This document shows positions 9,165-20,200 of a DNA stretch of 64,000 nt, one piece after another (positions within the stretch are counted from its first letter, which is position 1; each line of letters opens with the position of its first letter). A program made the position numbers and the translations under genes. Source of the stretch: Polyangiaceae bacterium. GTDB taxonomy: Bacteria; Myxococcota_A; Polyangia; Polyangiales; Polyangiaceae. The stretch is taken from the NCBI GenBank assembly GCA_035063585.1, contig JAPSGB010000020.1:1-64000 (forward strand), written 5' to 3'. The notes beneath the pieces are model-generated. The model saw only the letters and a list, made by a program, of their open reading frames with translations. It was not told the origin of the DNA and did no database searches.

Positions 9165-11365
9165 GACCGACGTCGCGTCTCCTCGTCGCAGCGCTCGCCC
9201 TCGGCACGCTCGTCATCGCATCGAGCAGCGAGGCGCAGGTGCTCTACCGGAGGCCGTACGACCCCGGCAACGGGATCACCGCTGGCTTCGACAACAATGG
9301 CTCCGCGGGCGGGTGCGCCGACTACGAGTGCGGCGGCGCTTGCTATGACGGTCACACCGGCACCGATTTCGGTGTCCCGTTCGGGACGCCCGTCCTCGTG
9401 GCGGCCACCGGGACCGTGACTCAGGTGGTCACCGGCTGCCCCGACTACGGTTATTACTGCAGCCCATGCGGCGGCCTGTGCGGCAACCACGTCCGGGTCC
9501 GTCACGCCGATGGCTCCGAGACGCTCTACTGCCACATGCAGAGCGGCGGGATGACCGTCCAGACCGGTCAAGCGGTCACCTGCGGGCAGACGATCGGGCA
9601 CTCGGCGACGAGCGGCTGCAGCACCGGCGCGCACCTGCACTTCGGCTTCTACCCGTCGAGCGCGGCCGCCGCCGAGGACCCGTTCCGCGGGGCCTGCGGC
9701 GGCCCCGTCTCACGCTGGACCAGCCAAGGCTCCTACGGCTCGATCCCCGGCACCTCGTGCGCGTGCGTGGCCGCCGCCGAGACGTGCAACGGGGTCGACG
9801 ACGACTGCGACTCGCTCGTCGACGAGGACGACGTCTGCGAGATCGCGCTGCTGAACGAGCAGCCCGTGGCCTACGCGCCGCCCGCCACGACCGACGTCGA
9901 CGGCGACGGACGGGCCGACCTCTGCGCTCGCGGCTCGGCCGGCGTGGCCTGTTGGCCAGCGGGGGCGGGGAGCTGGCAGAGCGCGTGGGGGCCGATCGCG
10001 CTCTCGGATGCGAACGGCTGGGATGACGTCACCAACTACGCGACGCTGCGGATGGGGGACCTCGACGGCGACGGGCGCGCAGACCTGTGCGCGCGCTCGA
10101 ACAGCGCGTTCGAGTGCACCTTGTCCACCGGCACCGGCTTCGGCTCGCTCGACGTGTGGCGTGATGGGATGTCCGACGCGAACGGCTGGGGCTTGCCACA
10201 GTACTACACCACCCTCCGACTGGCAGACGTGAACGCGGACGGGCGCGACGATCTGTGCGCTCGCGACTCGGCGGGCTTTGGCTGCTGGCTCTCGAACGGC
10301 ACCTCCTTCGACCAGCGCGTCGAAGGGCCCCGGTGGAGCGACGCCGCGGGCTTCGGCTCGGCCAAGTACTACGGCACGCTCCGCATGGGTGATGTCAACG
10401 GCGATCGTCGCGCCGACGTGTGCATTCGCGGCTCGGCCGGCGTCGATTGCGTCTTGAGCGACGGGAGCGGCTTCGTCACGTCCATCGGCGGGCCCGAGTG
10501 GTCGGACGCCGCCGGCTTCGGAGCGCCCAGCTACTGGAGCACGATGCGGCTCGCCGACGTGAACGGCGATGGGCGCGACGACCTGTGCATCCGGACCTCC
10601 GAGGATCTTCGCTGCGCGCTCTCGACCGGCACCGGCTTCGAGGAGACGGCGGTGCTGCTCGGCATGCTCTCGAACGCCAACGGTTGGGCTGACGTCACCA
10701 ACTACGCGACCTTCCGCACCGGCGACATCGACGGTGACGGTCGCGATGAAATCTGCGCGCGGGGCGACGCCGAGATGGGCTGCTGGAGTTGGAACGGCAC
10801 CGAGGGCGTACAGCTCGCGGGGCCGGCGTGGAGCGACGCCACCGGTTGGGGAGCAGCGCAGCACTACGAGACGATCCGCCTGGCCGATTTCGATGGCGAC
10901 GGACGCGACGACCTGTGCGCCCGCGCCGCGGCGGGCTGGCGGTGCCACCCCTCCTCGGGCAAAGCCTTCGGCGACCCCGTGATGCTCGATGACCTGACCA
11001 ACGCCGGAGGCTGGGGTGAGCAGCGGTACTGGTCCACCATCCTCAGCGCCGGCCCGGCGTGCGTCGCGACGGACGAGGTGTGCAACGGCCTCGACGACGA
11101 TTGCGACGGCGAGATCGACGAGGGGATGACGTGTTGGCAGACGGCCGACTCGGGCGTAGAGCCGGAGGACGGCGGCGTGAACGTGCCGCAAGAGGCGGGG
11201 CTCGGCCCCGAGTCCTCCAGCGACGGCGGCTGCGGGTGTCGCACGAGCAGCTCGCGCGATTCACGGGCTCCTGCGCTGCCGCTCATGGCCCTCGCGCTCG
11301 CGCTCGTGCTCGGTCGCCGAGCCGCGGCGAGTCGAGCCCGCGGCCGGAGCGCGGGCGCGCGCTAA
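9161..11365 (+). CDS. Secreted M23 family metallopeptidase with FG-GAP-like repeats and MYXO-CTERM-like anchor
   Basis: Signal peptide; HTGTD (HxxxD) and HLH; about seven D(V/L)xGDGRxDLCxR repeats; two CNGxDDDCD motifs; GGCGC + hydrophobic + basic tail. Confidence 0.88.
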   Translation: MRPTSRLLVAALALGTLVIASSSEAQVLYRRPYDPGNGITAGFDNNGSAGGCADYECGGACYDGHTGTDFGVPFGTPVLVAATGTVTQVVTGCPDYGYYCSPCGGLCGNHVRVRHADGSETLYCHMQSGGMTVQTGQAVTCGQTIGHSATSGCSTGAHLHFGFYPSSAAAAEDPFRGACGGPVSRWTSQGSYGSIPGTSCACVAAAETCNGVDDDCDSLVDEDDVCEIALLNEQPVAYAPPATTDVDGDGRADLCARGSAGVACWPAGAGSWQSAWGPIALSDANGWDDVTNYATLRMGDLDGDGRADLCARSNSAFECTLSTGTGFGSLDVWRDGMSDANGWGLPQYYTTLRLADVNADGRDDLCARDSAGFGCWLSNGTSFDQRVEGPRWSDAAGFGSAKYYGTLRMGDVNGDRRADVCIRGSAGVDCVLSDGSGFVTSIGGPEWSDAAGFGAPSYWSTMRLADVNGDGRDDLCIRTSEDLRCALSTGTGFEETAVLLGMLSNANGWADVTNYATFRTGDIDGDGRDEICARGDAEMGCWSWNGTEGVQLAGPAWSDATGWGAAQHYETIRLADFDGDGRDDLCARAAAGWRCHPSSGKAFGDPVMLDDLTNAGGWGEQRYWSTILSAGPACVATDEVCNGLDDDCDGEIDEGMTCWQTADSGVEPEDGGVNVPQEAGLGPESSSDGGCGCRTSSSRDSRAPALPLMALALALVLGRRAAASRARGRSAGAR

Positions 11366-12390
11366 CGCGCCTCGTCGAGCGCGCCCGCGACCCGCGCGCC
11401 GCCGGGGAACGCGCGGCGGCTTCGGGTGAGATCGTCGATGGTGTCGCGGAGGGTCTCCCCCGGATCACGCGTGCGCCAGCCGAGCTCTTCTTCGGCCTTC
11501 GCGCTCGAGCAATAAAAGTAGTATTGGCCCATCTCGACGCTCACCTCGTCGACCGGTGGCGTGCCGCCGATGGCGCGGACCGCGCGCGCGAAGAGCCGGT
11601 GCGCGCCGACCGCCAGCGCAGGCGACGCGGGCATCCGCAGCCGCGGGGCGCGCACGCCGCTGATGCGCGCGAGGCGCTGGAAGAACGCGGCGAGCGTCAT
11701 GTTCTTCGCGTTCAAGAGGTAGCGCTCACCGGGGCGGCCGCGCTCGAAGGCGAGGCGCATCCCCGCCGCCGCGTCGCGCGCGTCGACGAAGGCGATGCCT
11801 CCCGCCGGGATCGCGGGCAAGCTGCCGTCGAGGAAGCGCCGCACGTCGCCCGTGGAAGACTCCCGCTCGTCGCCGGGTCCGAGCAGCAGGCTCGGGTTCA
11901 CGACGACGACCTCGAAGGCGGGCGGCTGGTTCGCCTCGAGCGCCTCGCGCTCGCCGAAGAGCTTGGTGCGATAGTACGGCCAGCTCGCGATGAGCTCCGT
12001 CGGAGGCTCGGCCGTCTCGTCGAAGACCACCTCCGGGTCGCGACCGACCGCGACGGTGCCGCTGGTGCTCGCCACCACGACGCGCCGGACGCCCGCCGCG
12101 CGGAGCCCCGCGAGGGCGCGGCGCGTCCCGAGGACGTGAAGCTCGTGAAGAGACTCGGCGTCCTCGCGCGCGCGGCTCACCCGACCGGTCGCGAGGAACG
12201 CGCCGTCAGCGCCGCGCGCGCTCGCGGCGACCGCGCCTTCGTCGAGCACGTCGACCCGGGCGACCCGGAGCCCATCGAGCTCGCCGCCGCTCCGCGACAC
12301 GCCGACCACCTCGTGACCGCACGCGACGAGCTCGCGGACCAGGTGCGCCCCGAGGAAGCCCGTCGCTCCGCCGACCCAGTAACGTGCCAT
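11362..12390 (-). CDS. NAD-dependent epimerase/dehydratase (extended SDR)
   Basis: GGATGFLG, YYRTK (YxxxK), VNPSLLLGPGD, FVDARD. Confidence 0.9.
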   Translation of the reverse strand: MARYWVGGATGFLGAHLVRELVACGHEVVGVSRSGGELDGLRVARVDVLDEGAVAASARGADGAFLATGRVSRAREDAESLHELHVLGTRRALAGLRAAGVRRVVVASTSGTVAVGRDPEVVFDETAEPPTELIASWPYYRTKLFGEREALEANQPPAFEVVVVNPSLLLGPGDERESSTGDVRRFLDGSLPAIPAGGIAFVDARDAAAGMRLAFERGRPGERYLLNAKNMTLAAFFQRLARISGVRAPRLRMPASPALAVGAHRLFARAVRAIGGTPPVDEVSVEMGQYYFYCSSAKAEEELGWRTRDPGETLRDTIDDLTRSRRAFPGGARVAGALDEAR

Positions 12391-12557
12391 TCGGGGAGCT
12401 TCTTTGCGCTTTTTCGCGGAGAGGGCAAGCCGGGCAGCCGCCGAGCGGCCGGGGCACCGGAGAACGCGGGGAGCCCTCTACTCCGGCCGCGTCGCGCGTC
12501 GAGCCCTCCGAAGCCAGCGCCTTCGACGCCGTGGGGTCGCCCCGAGCCGCGTCGAGC

Positions 12558-13868
12558 TCACTCGGCGAGCCGCGCGAGCGCGCGCCGATGACATGCGCGG
12601 ATCGCCTCGCGCTCACGGTGCCGGCCGTCCTTCACGACCCACTCGCCGTCCACCATCACGTCACGCACGGCGCTCCCGTGGTTCGAGAAGAGGTGGGCGT
12701 CGAGCACGCGCTCGAGCGGGCGCTCGGCGAGCACCGGGTGCTCGGGGTCGAGCACCACGAGATCGCGGCCGCCCGGCTGCGCGAGCGCCTGGAGCCCGCC
12801 GGCGAGCGCGGTGGAGTAGAGATACGCGCCGGTCGAGGCGGCGCCCGCGGGCGCCAGCACGTTGCGCGCGCGCCGCTCGAGTCGCGCCGTGTACTCGAGC
12901 CAGCGGAGCTCCTCGCGAACGCTCACCGAGATCTGACTGTCCGAGCCGACGCCGAACCTCACGCCGGCCGCGCCGGACCGCCCCGCGGGCCCGAGGCCAT
13001 CGCCGAGGTTCGCCTCGGTGGTCGGGCAGAAGCCGATGACGGCGCCCGCGCGAGCGACGTCCGCGAGCTCGCGCGAGGTGACGTGCGTCGCGTGCACCAG
13101 GCACCAGCGCTCATCGACCGGCGCGCTGGCGAGCAGCCACTCGACCGGGCGCGCGCCGCGCGCGGTGAGGCAGGCGTCGACCTCGCGCGTCTGCTCGGCG
13201 ACGTGGATGTGGATGGGCGCCGCCGAGTCGAGTCCTTCGAGCGCGGTGACGCACGCCGCGAGCTCCGCGGGGGGCGCGGCGCGGAGGCTGTGCGGCGCGA
13301 CGCCCACGCGAACCTCCGGGTGCGCGCGGCGGAGGCGCTCGACGGCGCGCATGACCCACGCGGCGTCGCTCCGGAAGCGGCGCTGCGCCGCGCCGAGCGG
13401 CGCGCCGTCGAAGCCGCCGGAGGCGTAGAGCGCCGGCAGCAGCGTGAGGCGGATCCCGGCGCGGCGCGCGGCCGCGACGAGCCGCTCGCTCATCTCGACG
13501 GGGTTATCGTACGGCGAGCCGTCGGGCGCGTGGTGAAGGTAATGAAACTCGCAGACCGCGGTGTAGCCGGCCTCGAGCATCTCGACGTAGAGCTGGCACG
13601 CGAGGCTCTCGAGCTCGTCCGGCTCGACGCGGAGCGCGAAGCGATACATCGCGTCGCGCCACGACCAGAAGTCGTCTCCGCCCGGCCCCGCGTATTCGGT
13701 GAGCCCGGCGATGGCTCGCTGGAAGGCGTGCGAGTGGAGGTTCGGCATGCCCGGCAGCGCATAGCCGCGCACGCGCTCGACGGCGCTCCGCCCGTCCTCG
13801 ACGACGAGCTCACCGGGGCTCACCCAACCGCTCGCGCCGAAGAGGTGGTCGCACCGATAGGTCGTCAT
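12558..13868 (-). CDS. hutF: Formimidoylglutamate deiminase
   Basis: PGMPNLHSHAFQRA, DDFWSWR, EFHYLHH, APHSLRA, HIHVAEQ, CPTTEANLGDG, GSDS; ATG 13868 overlaps the hutG stop. Confidence 0.93.
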   Translation of the reverse strand: MTTYRCDHLFGASGWVSPGELVVEDGRSAVERVRGYALPGMPNLHSHAFQRAIAGLTEYAGPGGDDFWSWRDAMYRFALRVEPDELESLACQLYVEMLEAGYTAVCEFHYLHHAPDGSPYDNPVEMSERLVAAARRAGIRLTLLPALYASGGFDGAPLGAAQRRFRSDAAWVMRAVERLRRAHPEVRVGVAPHSLRAAPPAELAACVTALEGLDSAAPIHIHVAEQTREVDACLTARGARPVEWLLASAPVDERWCLVHATHVTSRELADVARAGAVIGFCPTTEANLGDGLGPAGRSGAAGVRFGVGSDSQISVSVREELRWLEYTARLERRARNVLAPAGAASTGAYLYSTALAGGLQALAQPGGRDLVVLDPEHPVLAERPLERVLDAHLFSNHGSAVRDVMVDGEWVVKDGRHREREAIRACHRRALARLAE

Positions 13869-14668
13869 CGCGAGCGCTCGCGCGCGAACGCGGCGAGCTC
13901 CTCCACGAAGGCGCGGAGCACGAGCCTGAGCGCGCTCGCGCGTTCGTCGACCCAGGAGAAGGGCGGCGCCTCCACCATGTAGTTTTTCTGCGCGAGCTCG
14001 AGCTGGAGCGCGTGGACGCCGCGCTCGGGTGCTCCGTAGTGGCGCGTGATGTATCCGCCAGTGAAGCGGCCGTCGCGGACCGCGCGATAGCCCTCGGCTG
14101 CCTCGAGCACGCAAAAAGCGCGCGCCGCGAGCTCGGGCGCGGCGCTCGCGCCGCGCGCGCTCCCGAGGTTGAGATCGGGCAGCGTCCCCTCGAAGAAGCG
14201 AGGCACCACCGAGGGGATGCTGTGCGCGTCGAGGAGCACCGCCACGCCGAAGGCGCCGAGCAGACGCTCGAGCTCGCCCGCCAGCTTCGCGTGGTACGGC
14301 GCGAAATGCCGCGCGACGCGCTCCACGCACTCGGCCTCGTCGGGCGCTGCTCCCGGGAGATAGATGGGCTCGCGCGCGAAGGTGTCGAGCGGGACGATCC
14401 CGGTGTTGTCCGCGCCCGGGTAGAGCGCGAGGCCGGTGGGATCGCGGTTCAGGTCGACGACGTAGCGGCTGAGCTCGGGCCGGAGCGTGCTCGCCCCGAG
14501 CCCGGTCACGAACTCGTAGAGCCGCGCCACGTGCCAGTCGGTGTCGGGGCGCGCGAGCGCCGCGGGCGTCATGCGCCGCGCGAGCGCGGCCGGGATGGCG
14601 GTTCCGTCGTGCGGGAAGCTCACGAGGAGCGGAATCGTACCCTCCGAGAACACGAACGCGCCGTCCAT
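13865..14668 (-). CDS. hutG: N-formylglutamate deformylase
   Basis: PHDGT, DTDW, SRYVVDLNR, DAHSI, GRFTGGYITRHYG, HALQLELAQ. Confidence 0.93.
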   Translation of the reverse strand: MDGAFVFSEGTIPLLVSFPHDGTAIPAALARRMTPAALARPDTDWHVARLYEFVTGLGASTLRPELSRYVVDLNRDPTGLALYPGADNTGIVPLDTFAREPIYLPGAAPDEAECVERVARHFAPYHAKLAGELERLLGAFGVAVLLDAHSIPSVVPRFFEGTLPDLNLGSARGASAAPELAARAFCVLEAAEGYRAVRDGRFTGGYITRHYGAPERGVHALQLELAQKNYMVEAPPFSWVDERASALRLVLRAFVEELAAFARERSR

Positions 14669-14830
14669 GCGGCCGGAAGCCTACCACGCGGCGCGAGCCT
14701 GGCCCCGGGTCGGGCCGCGCGGCATTTCGGGTGTCCGGGGCTCGCGCGAGCGCGGCGGAGCGCCCCGATGAGCTTCCCTCGCGCTCCAAATGGGCGCACC
14801 ATGGGCTCGCCGAGGGAGAGGCCGGCGAGG

Positions 14831-15430
14831 ATGCTCGAGGAACCCCAGAACGCTCCGCCCTTCACGCGCTACCTCGCGCGGGTGAGCCGGCTCACCCGCG
14901 GCGTGGGCATCACGATCTCGGGCTGCGCGCTCATCGGGGCGCTCGCCTCGCTCGGCGTGTCGTACGCGAGCGATCGGCTCGGCTTCATGCTCGTCTCGGT
15001 CGGCTTCCTCTGCCTCGGCGTCATCGTGTGGTCGGTCGGCGTCTTCCACGGCGCGGCCGCCCACGCGTTCGCGACGCTCCGCTCGCTCGACGCCCGAGTC
15101 TACGAGCTCGCGCGGCGTGGAGCATCGGGCGCGCCCCGCACCGCGAGCGCGGCGCCCCCCGCGCCCGTAGCCGAGGTCGTCACCGAACCCGCCGCCGTCG
15201 CCGCAACTGCCGCCGAGCCCGATGGCCTGGCGCCGAGCCCCGCCGCGCCGCACGCGGTCGAAGCGTCGGTCCCCGAGGCCTCGACCGCGAGCTCGGGCGA
15301 CGCGCCGCGCGAAGTGGCGCCCGCCCGCGGCGGCGATCAGGACGTCGCGCGAGTGCCGTGCCGGCGCTGCGGTGGGCTCATCCACCCGGACGCGCGCCGC
15401 TGCGTGCACTGCATGAAGAAGGTCGCGTAG
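14831..15430 (+). CDS. Two-TM hypothetical protein with C-terminal zinc ribbon
   Basis: Two hydrophobic helices, Ala/Pro linker, CRRC...CVHC; start uncertain (14769, 14801 or 14831). Confidence 0.7.
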   Translation: MLEEPQNAPPFTRYLARVSRLTRGVGITISGCALIGALASLGVSYASDRLGFMLVSVGFLCLGVIVWSVGVFHGAAAHAFATLRSLDARVYELARRGASGAPRTASAAPPAPVAEVVTEPAAVAATAAEPDGLAPSPAAPHAVEASVPEASTASSGDAPREVAPARGGDQDVARVPCRRCGGLIHPDARRCVHCMKKVA

Positions 15431-15461
15431 CGCGCGCCGCGGGGGCTCGGGCGCGACGCGC

Positions 15462-15483
15462 CGCCGGCCGCGCCGACCCGATC
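15462..15483 (-). repeat. REP-like intergenic element, subtype B (degenerate)
   Basis: Reverse complement GATCGGGTCGGCGCGGCCGGCG. Confidence 0.5.
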
Positions 15484-15544
15484 TCCCTCCGGAGGTCGAG
15501 GCGGATGATTTCGCGGGAAAACCTGCTAGGTTCCGCCCCCCGCC

Positions 15545-17164
<1,620 letters not shown>

Positions 17165-17191
17165 CCGAGCGCGCCCGGGAGCTCGCTCGGG

Positions 17192-17213
17192 TGCCGGTCC
17201 GGCGCGGCCGGCG
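17192..17213 (+). repeat. REP-like intergenic element, subtype B
   Basis: TGCCGGTCCGGCGCGGCCGGCG between convergent genes; first 16 nt identical to 7718-7733. Confidence 0.7.
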
Positions 17214-17244
17214 CCGCGGGCCGACGCCCGCGCGACGACCGTGC

Positions 17245-20200
17245 TCAGCTCGCGCTCGAGAGCTGGAAGACCTTCTGAAAGGTGGTGAGGAGCCCGATGT
17301 TGTTGCTCTTTACCGTCCCGCTGATGAACTCCGCGGGCGACGGCGTGTACGCCTCGCGGACGATGCGCGTGAACATGGTCGGGGAGGTCTTGAGCACGCA
17401 GTCGGCGCTGCCGGACAGCTTGCCCGGCGTCACCTCGCAGCGCTCCCGCGTCACCTGGATCGACCAGCGCTCATCCTCACCGAGCGAGAAGTAGAAGCTC
17501 ACCGGCTCGTCTACCGTACCGGCCACGAAGCGGCGCTCGAGCTCCTCGAAGACGCGCGCCATCGAGCGATCGTCCGCCGCCGAGCCGTCGTCCAAGCTCG
17601 CGAGCCGGGAGATGTCGAGCACCTCGCCGCGCGATAGCGCCACCACCGCGCGCTCGACGAGCCCTGCCACCGCGCGGGACGCCTCGGAGCCGGTCATCCC
17701 CTCCGTCAAGCGGCGGAGGTCCGCGACGCGGAGCGGCGGGCCGATGCGCGCGGTGACGCCGCGGCGCCGGAGCACGGTCGCGCCCTTGGGGAGCGCCTGG
17801 TAGGTCCCGCCGAGATGGACGGGCAGGATGTCCTTCTGGTGGACGAGCGCGAGGTGCCCGACCGCGGGCTTGAACTCGTGGATCTCGCCGTCGCTCGAGC
17901 GGGTCCCCTCGGGAAAGATGAGCACCGTCTTGCCGCGCTCGAGCAGCTCGCCCGCCTGGCGCAGGCTCTGGCGGAGCGAGCCGCTCCGGCTGAGCGCGAC
18001 CAGGTTGGTGAGGTTCTCGAAGTACGCTCGACGGAAGCGCCCGCCCTCGAAGAAGTAATCCGCCGCGGCGAGCGACACGAGGTCCTTCCCGTAGCTGCCG
18101 AGGGCGTACTTCACGAGCCCCATGTCGAGGTGGCTCGCGTGGTTGGCGGCGACCAGCGTGCTCTCGTTGTGCGGGATGAAGGCGCGCCCGGTGACCTTGG
18201 TGTCTAGCACGCTCTCGTAGAAGCCCATCTGCGCGCGACCGAGCCAGTGCATGGCCGCCTCGCGCAGCACGGGCGGGAGCTCGAGGCTCTCCTCCGCCTC
18301 GTGCTCGATGGTCGCCGTGCGCGACAGGCGGCGCGCCGCGCTCGACTCGCGCACGAGCTCCTCGGCGTCTCCGAGGGTGAGACACGCGCTCAGCCGCTCG
18401 GCGTCGAGGTGCGCGCCGGTCTGCGCCTCGAGTGCGACCAGGAGCTCGAGCAGCATCAGCGAGTCGAAGGCGAGATCCGCGCGGAGGCTGAGCCCCGGGC
18501 CGAGCGAGCCGGGCTCGCGCCGCGCGATGACGCCGACCGCCGCGCGCACCATGCGCGCCGCGCCGTCGAGGCCGTCGGCGGCGGCGGTCGCGTCGAGACG
18601 CGGGGGCCGCTCGCTCAGCGGCGCGACGCGCTCGATCAGGCGGCGCACCTCGGCGCGCTTGACCTTGCGCGTCGCGGTGCGCGGGAGCGGCGTCTCGATG
18701 ACGGTGACCATCGCCGGGCGCATCGACGCGGGGAGCTTCTGCAGCGCGGCGTCGAGCGCGCGCTTGCCCTGCTCGCGCTCCTCGGCGACCGCTACGCAGG
18801 CGACGCGCTCGCCGCCGCGCGGGCTCATCACCCCGACGATGGCGAGCTCCTTGATGCCGTCGATGGTGCCGAGGCGCGCCTCGACGTCGTCGGGGTAGAC
18901 GTTCTCGCCGTTGGCGGCGACGATGACGTCCTTCGCGCGCCCCACGATGACGAGCCGCCCCTTGCGGTCGAGCTTGCCCAGGTCGCCCGTGTGCAGCCAG
19001 CCTTCCTCGTCGATGGTGCGGCGCGTGGCCTCCTCGTCGTCCGAGTAGCCGAGCATCACGTTCGGGCCGCGCGCGAGCACCTCGCCGACGCCGCTCGCGT
19101 CCGGGCTCGCGATCGAAATCTCGACACCGGGGATGGGCTTGCCGACGTTGCCCGGCTGGGCGCTCGGGCCGCCGGGCGCGACGGTGAGCACCGGTGAGGC
19201 CTCGGTGAGGCCATACCCCTCCGCGAGGTGCAGCCCGAGCCCGGCGAACTTCGCGTGCACCGACTCGGGGAGCGCGGCGCCGCCGCTCACCAGGAAGCGG
19301 AGGTGTCCGCCGAGCCCCTCGTGCACGGGACCGAAGAGCAGCCGCCCCGCGTCGAGCCCGAAGTTCTTGCCGAGCCCGCGGTTGATCTCGACCGCGACGT
19401 CGAAGAGCCGCGTGGCGAGCGGGCCGCGCTCGGCGATGCGCGCGGTGATACGCCGCTCGAGTAGCTCCCAGAGCGCCGGGACGCCGACCATCGCGGTGAT
19501 CTTCCCCTCCTTCAAGCTCGCCGAGAGTCGCTCCGCGTCGAGCTCGTCGAGGTAGACGATACGCGCGCCCCGCGAGAGCGGCAGGAGCAGCCCGCAGGTG
19601 AGCTCGAAGGTGTGGTGCAGCGGCAGCACGCTGAGCACGCGGTCGCCCTTGCCGAGCGGGAAGAGCGGCGCGAGCGAGGCGACCAGCGCGGTCAGGTTGG
19701 CGTGGGTCAACATCACGCCCTTCGGCGTGCCGGTGGTGCCGCTCGTGTAGATGAGCGCGGCGAGATCCTCCGGTGTGACCTCGACCGGCGCGTGCGGCGC
19801 GCCGGACTGCGAGGCCTCGACGAGGTCGACCCAGGCGACGTCGTCGGCGAGCTCCGGGCGGACCCGCTCGCGCACCTCGCGGTCCGCGACGAACACCCGC
19901 GCCCCCGACGCGCGGCGGAGGTTCGCCGCGACCCCGGCGTCGACCGCGGCGTCGAGCGGGACCGGCGTCGCGCCAGCCAGCAGGATCCCGAAGAAATCGA
20001 TGGCCCACGCCGGGTGGTTCTTCCCGGCGAGGAGCACCCGCTCGCCCTTGCGTACGCCGAGCGCCTGGAGCCGCGCGGCCGCCGCGCTCGCGCGCTCGCG
20101 CCACCCGAGGTAGCTGATCCGCGAGAGCCCGTCCGTCTCGGCGCGCTGGAGCGCCACGGCGAGCTCGTGCCGCTCGGCCATCTCGTCGAGGAGCGCCGTC

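Noticed and set aside
12558..14668. hutG-hutF without hutH/U/I as a novel pathway
   Set aside because: These are standard steps of five-step histidine utilisation, and split hut loci are common.
12558..14789. 743-aa ORF suggesting an N-terminally extended HutF
   Set aside because: The extension overlaps hutG in another frame; the real start is ATG 13868 overlapping the hutG stop.
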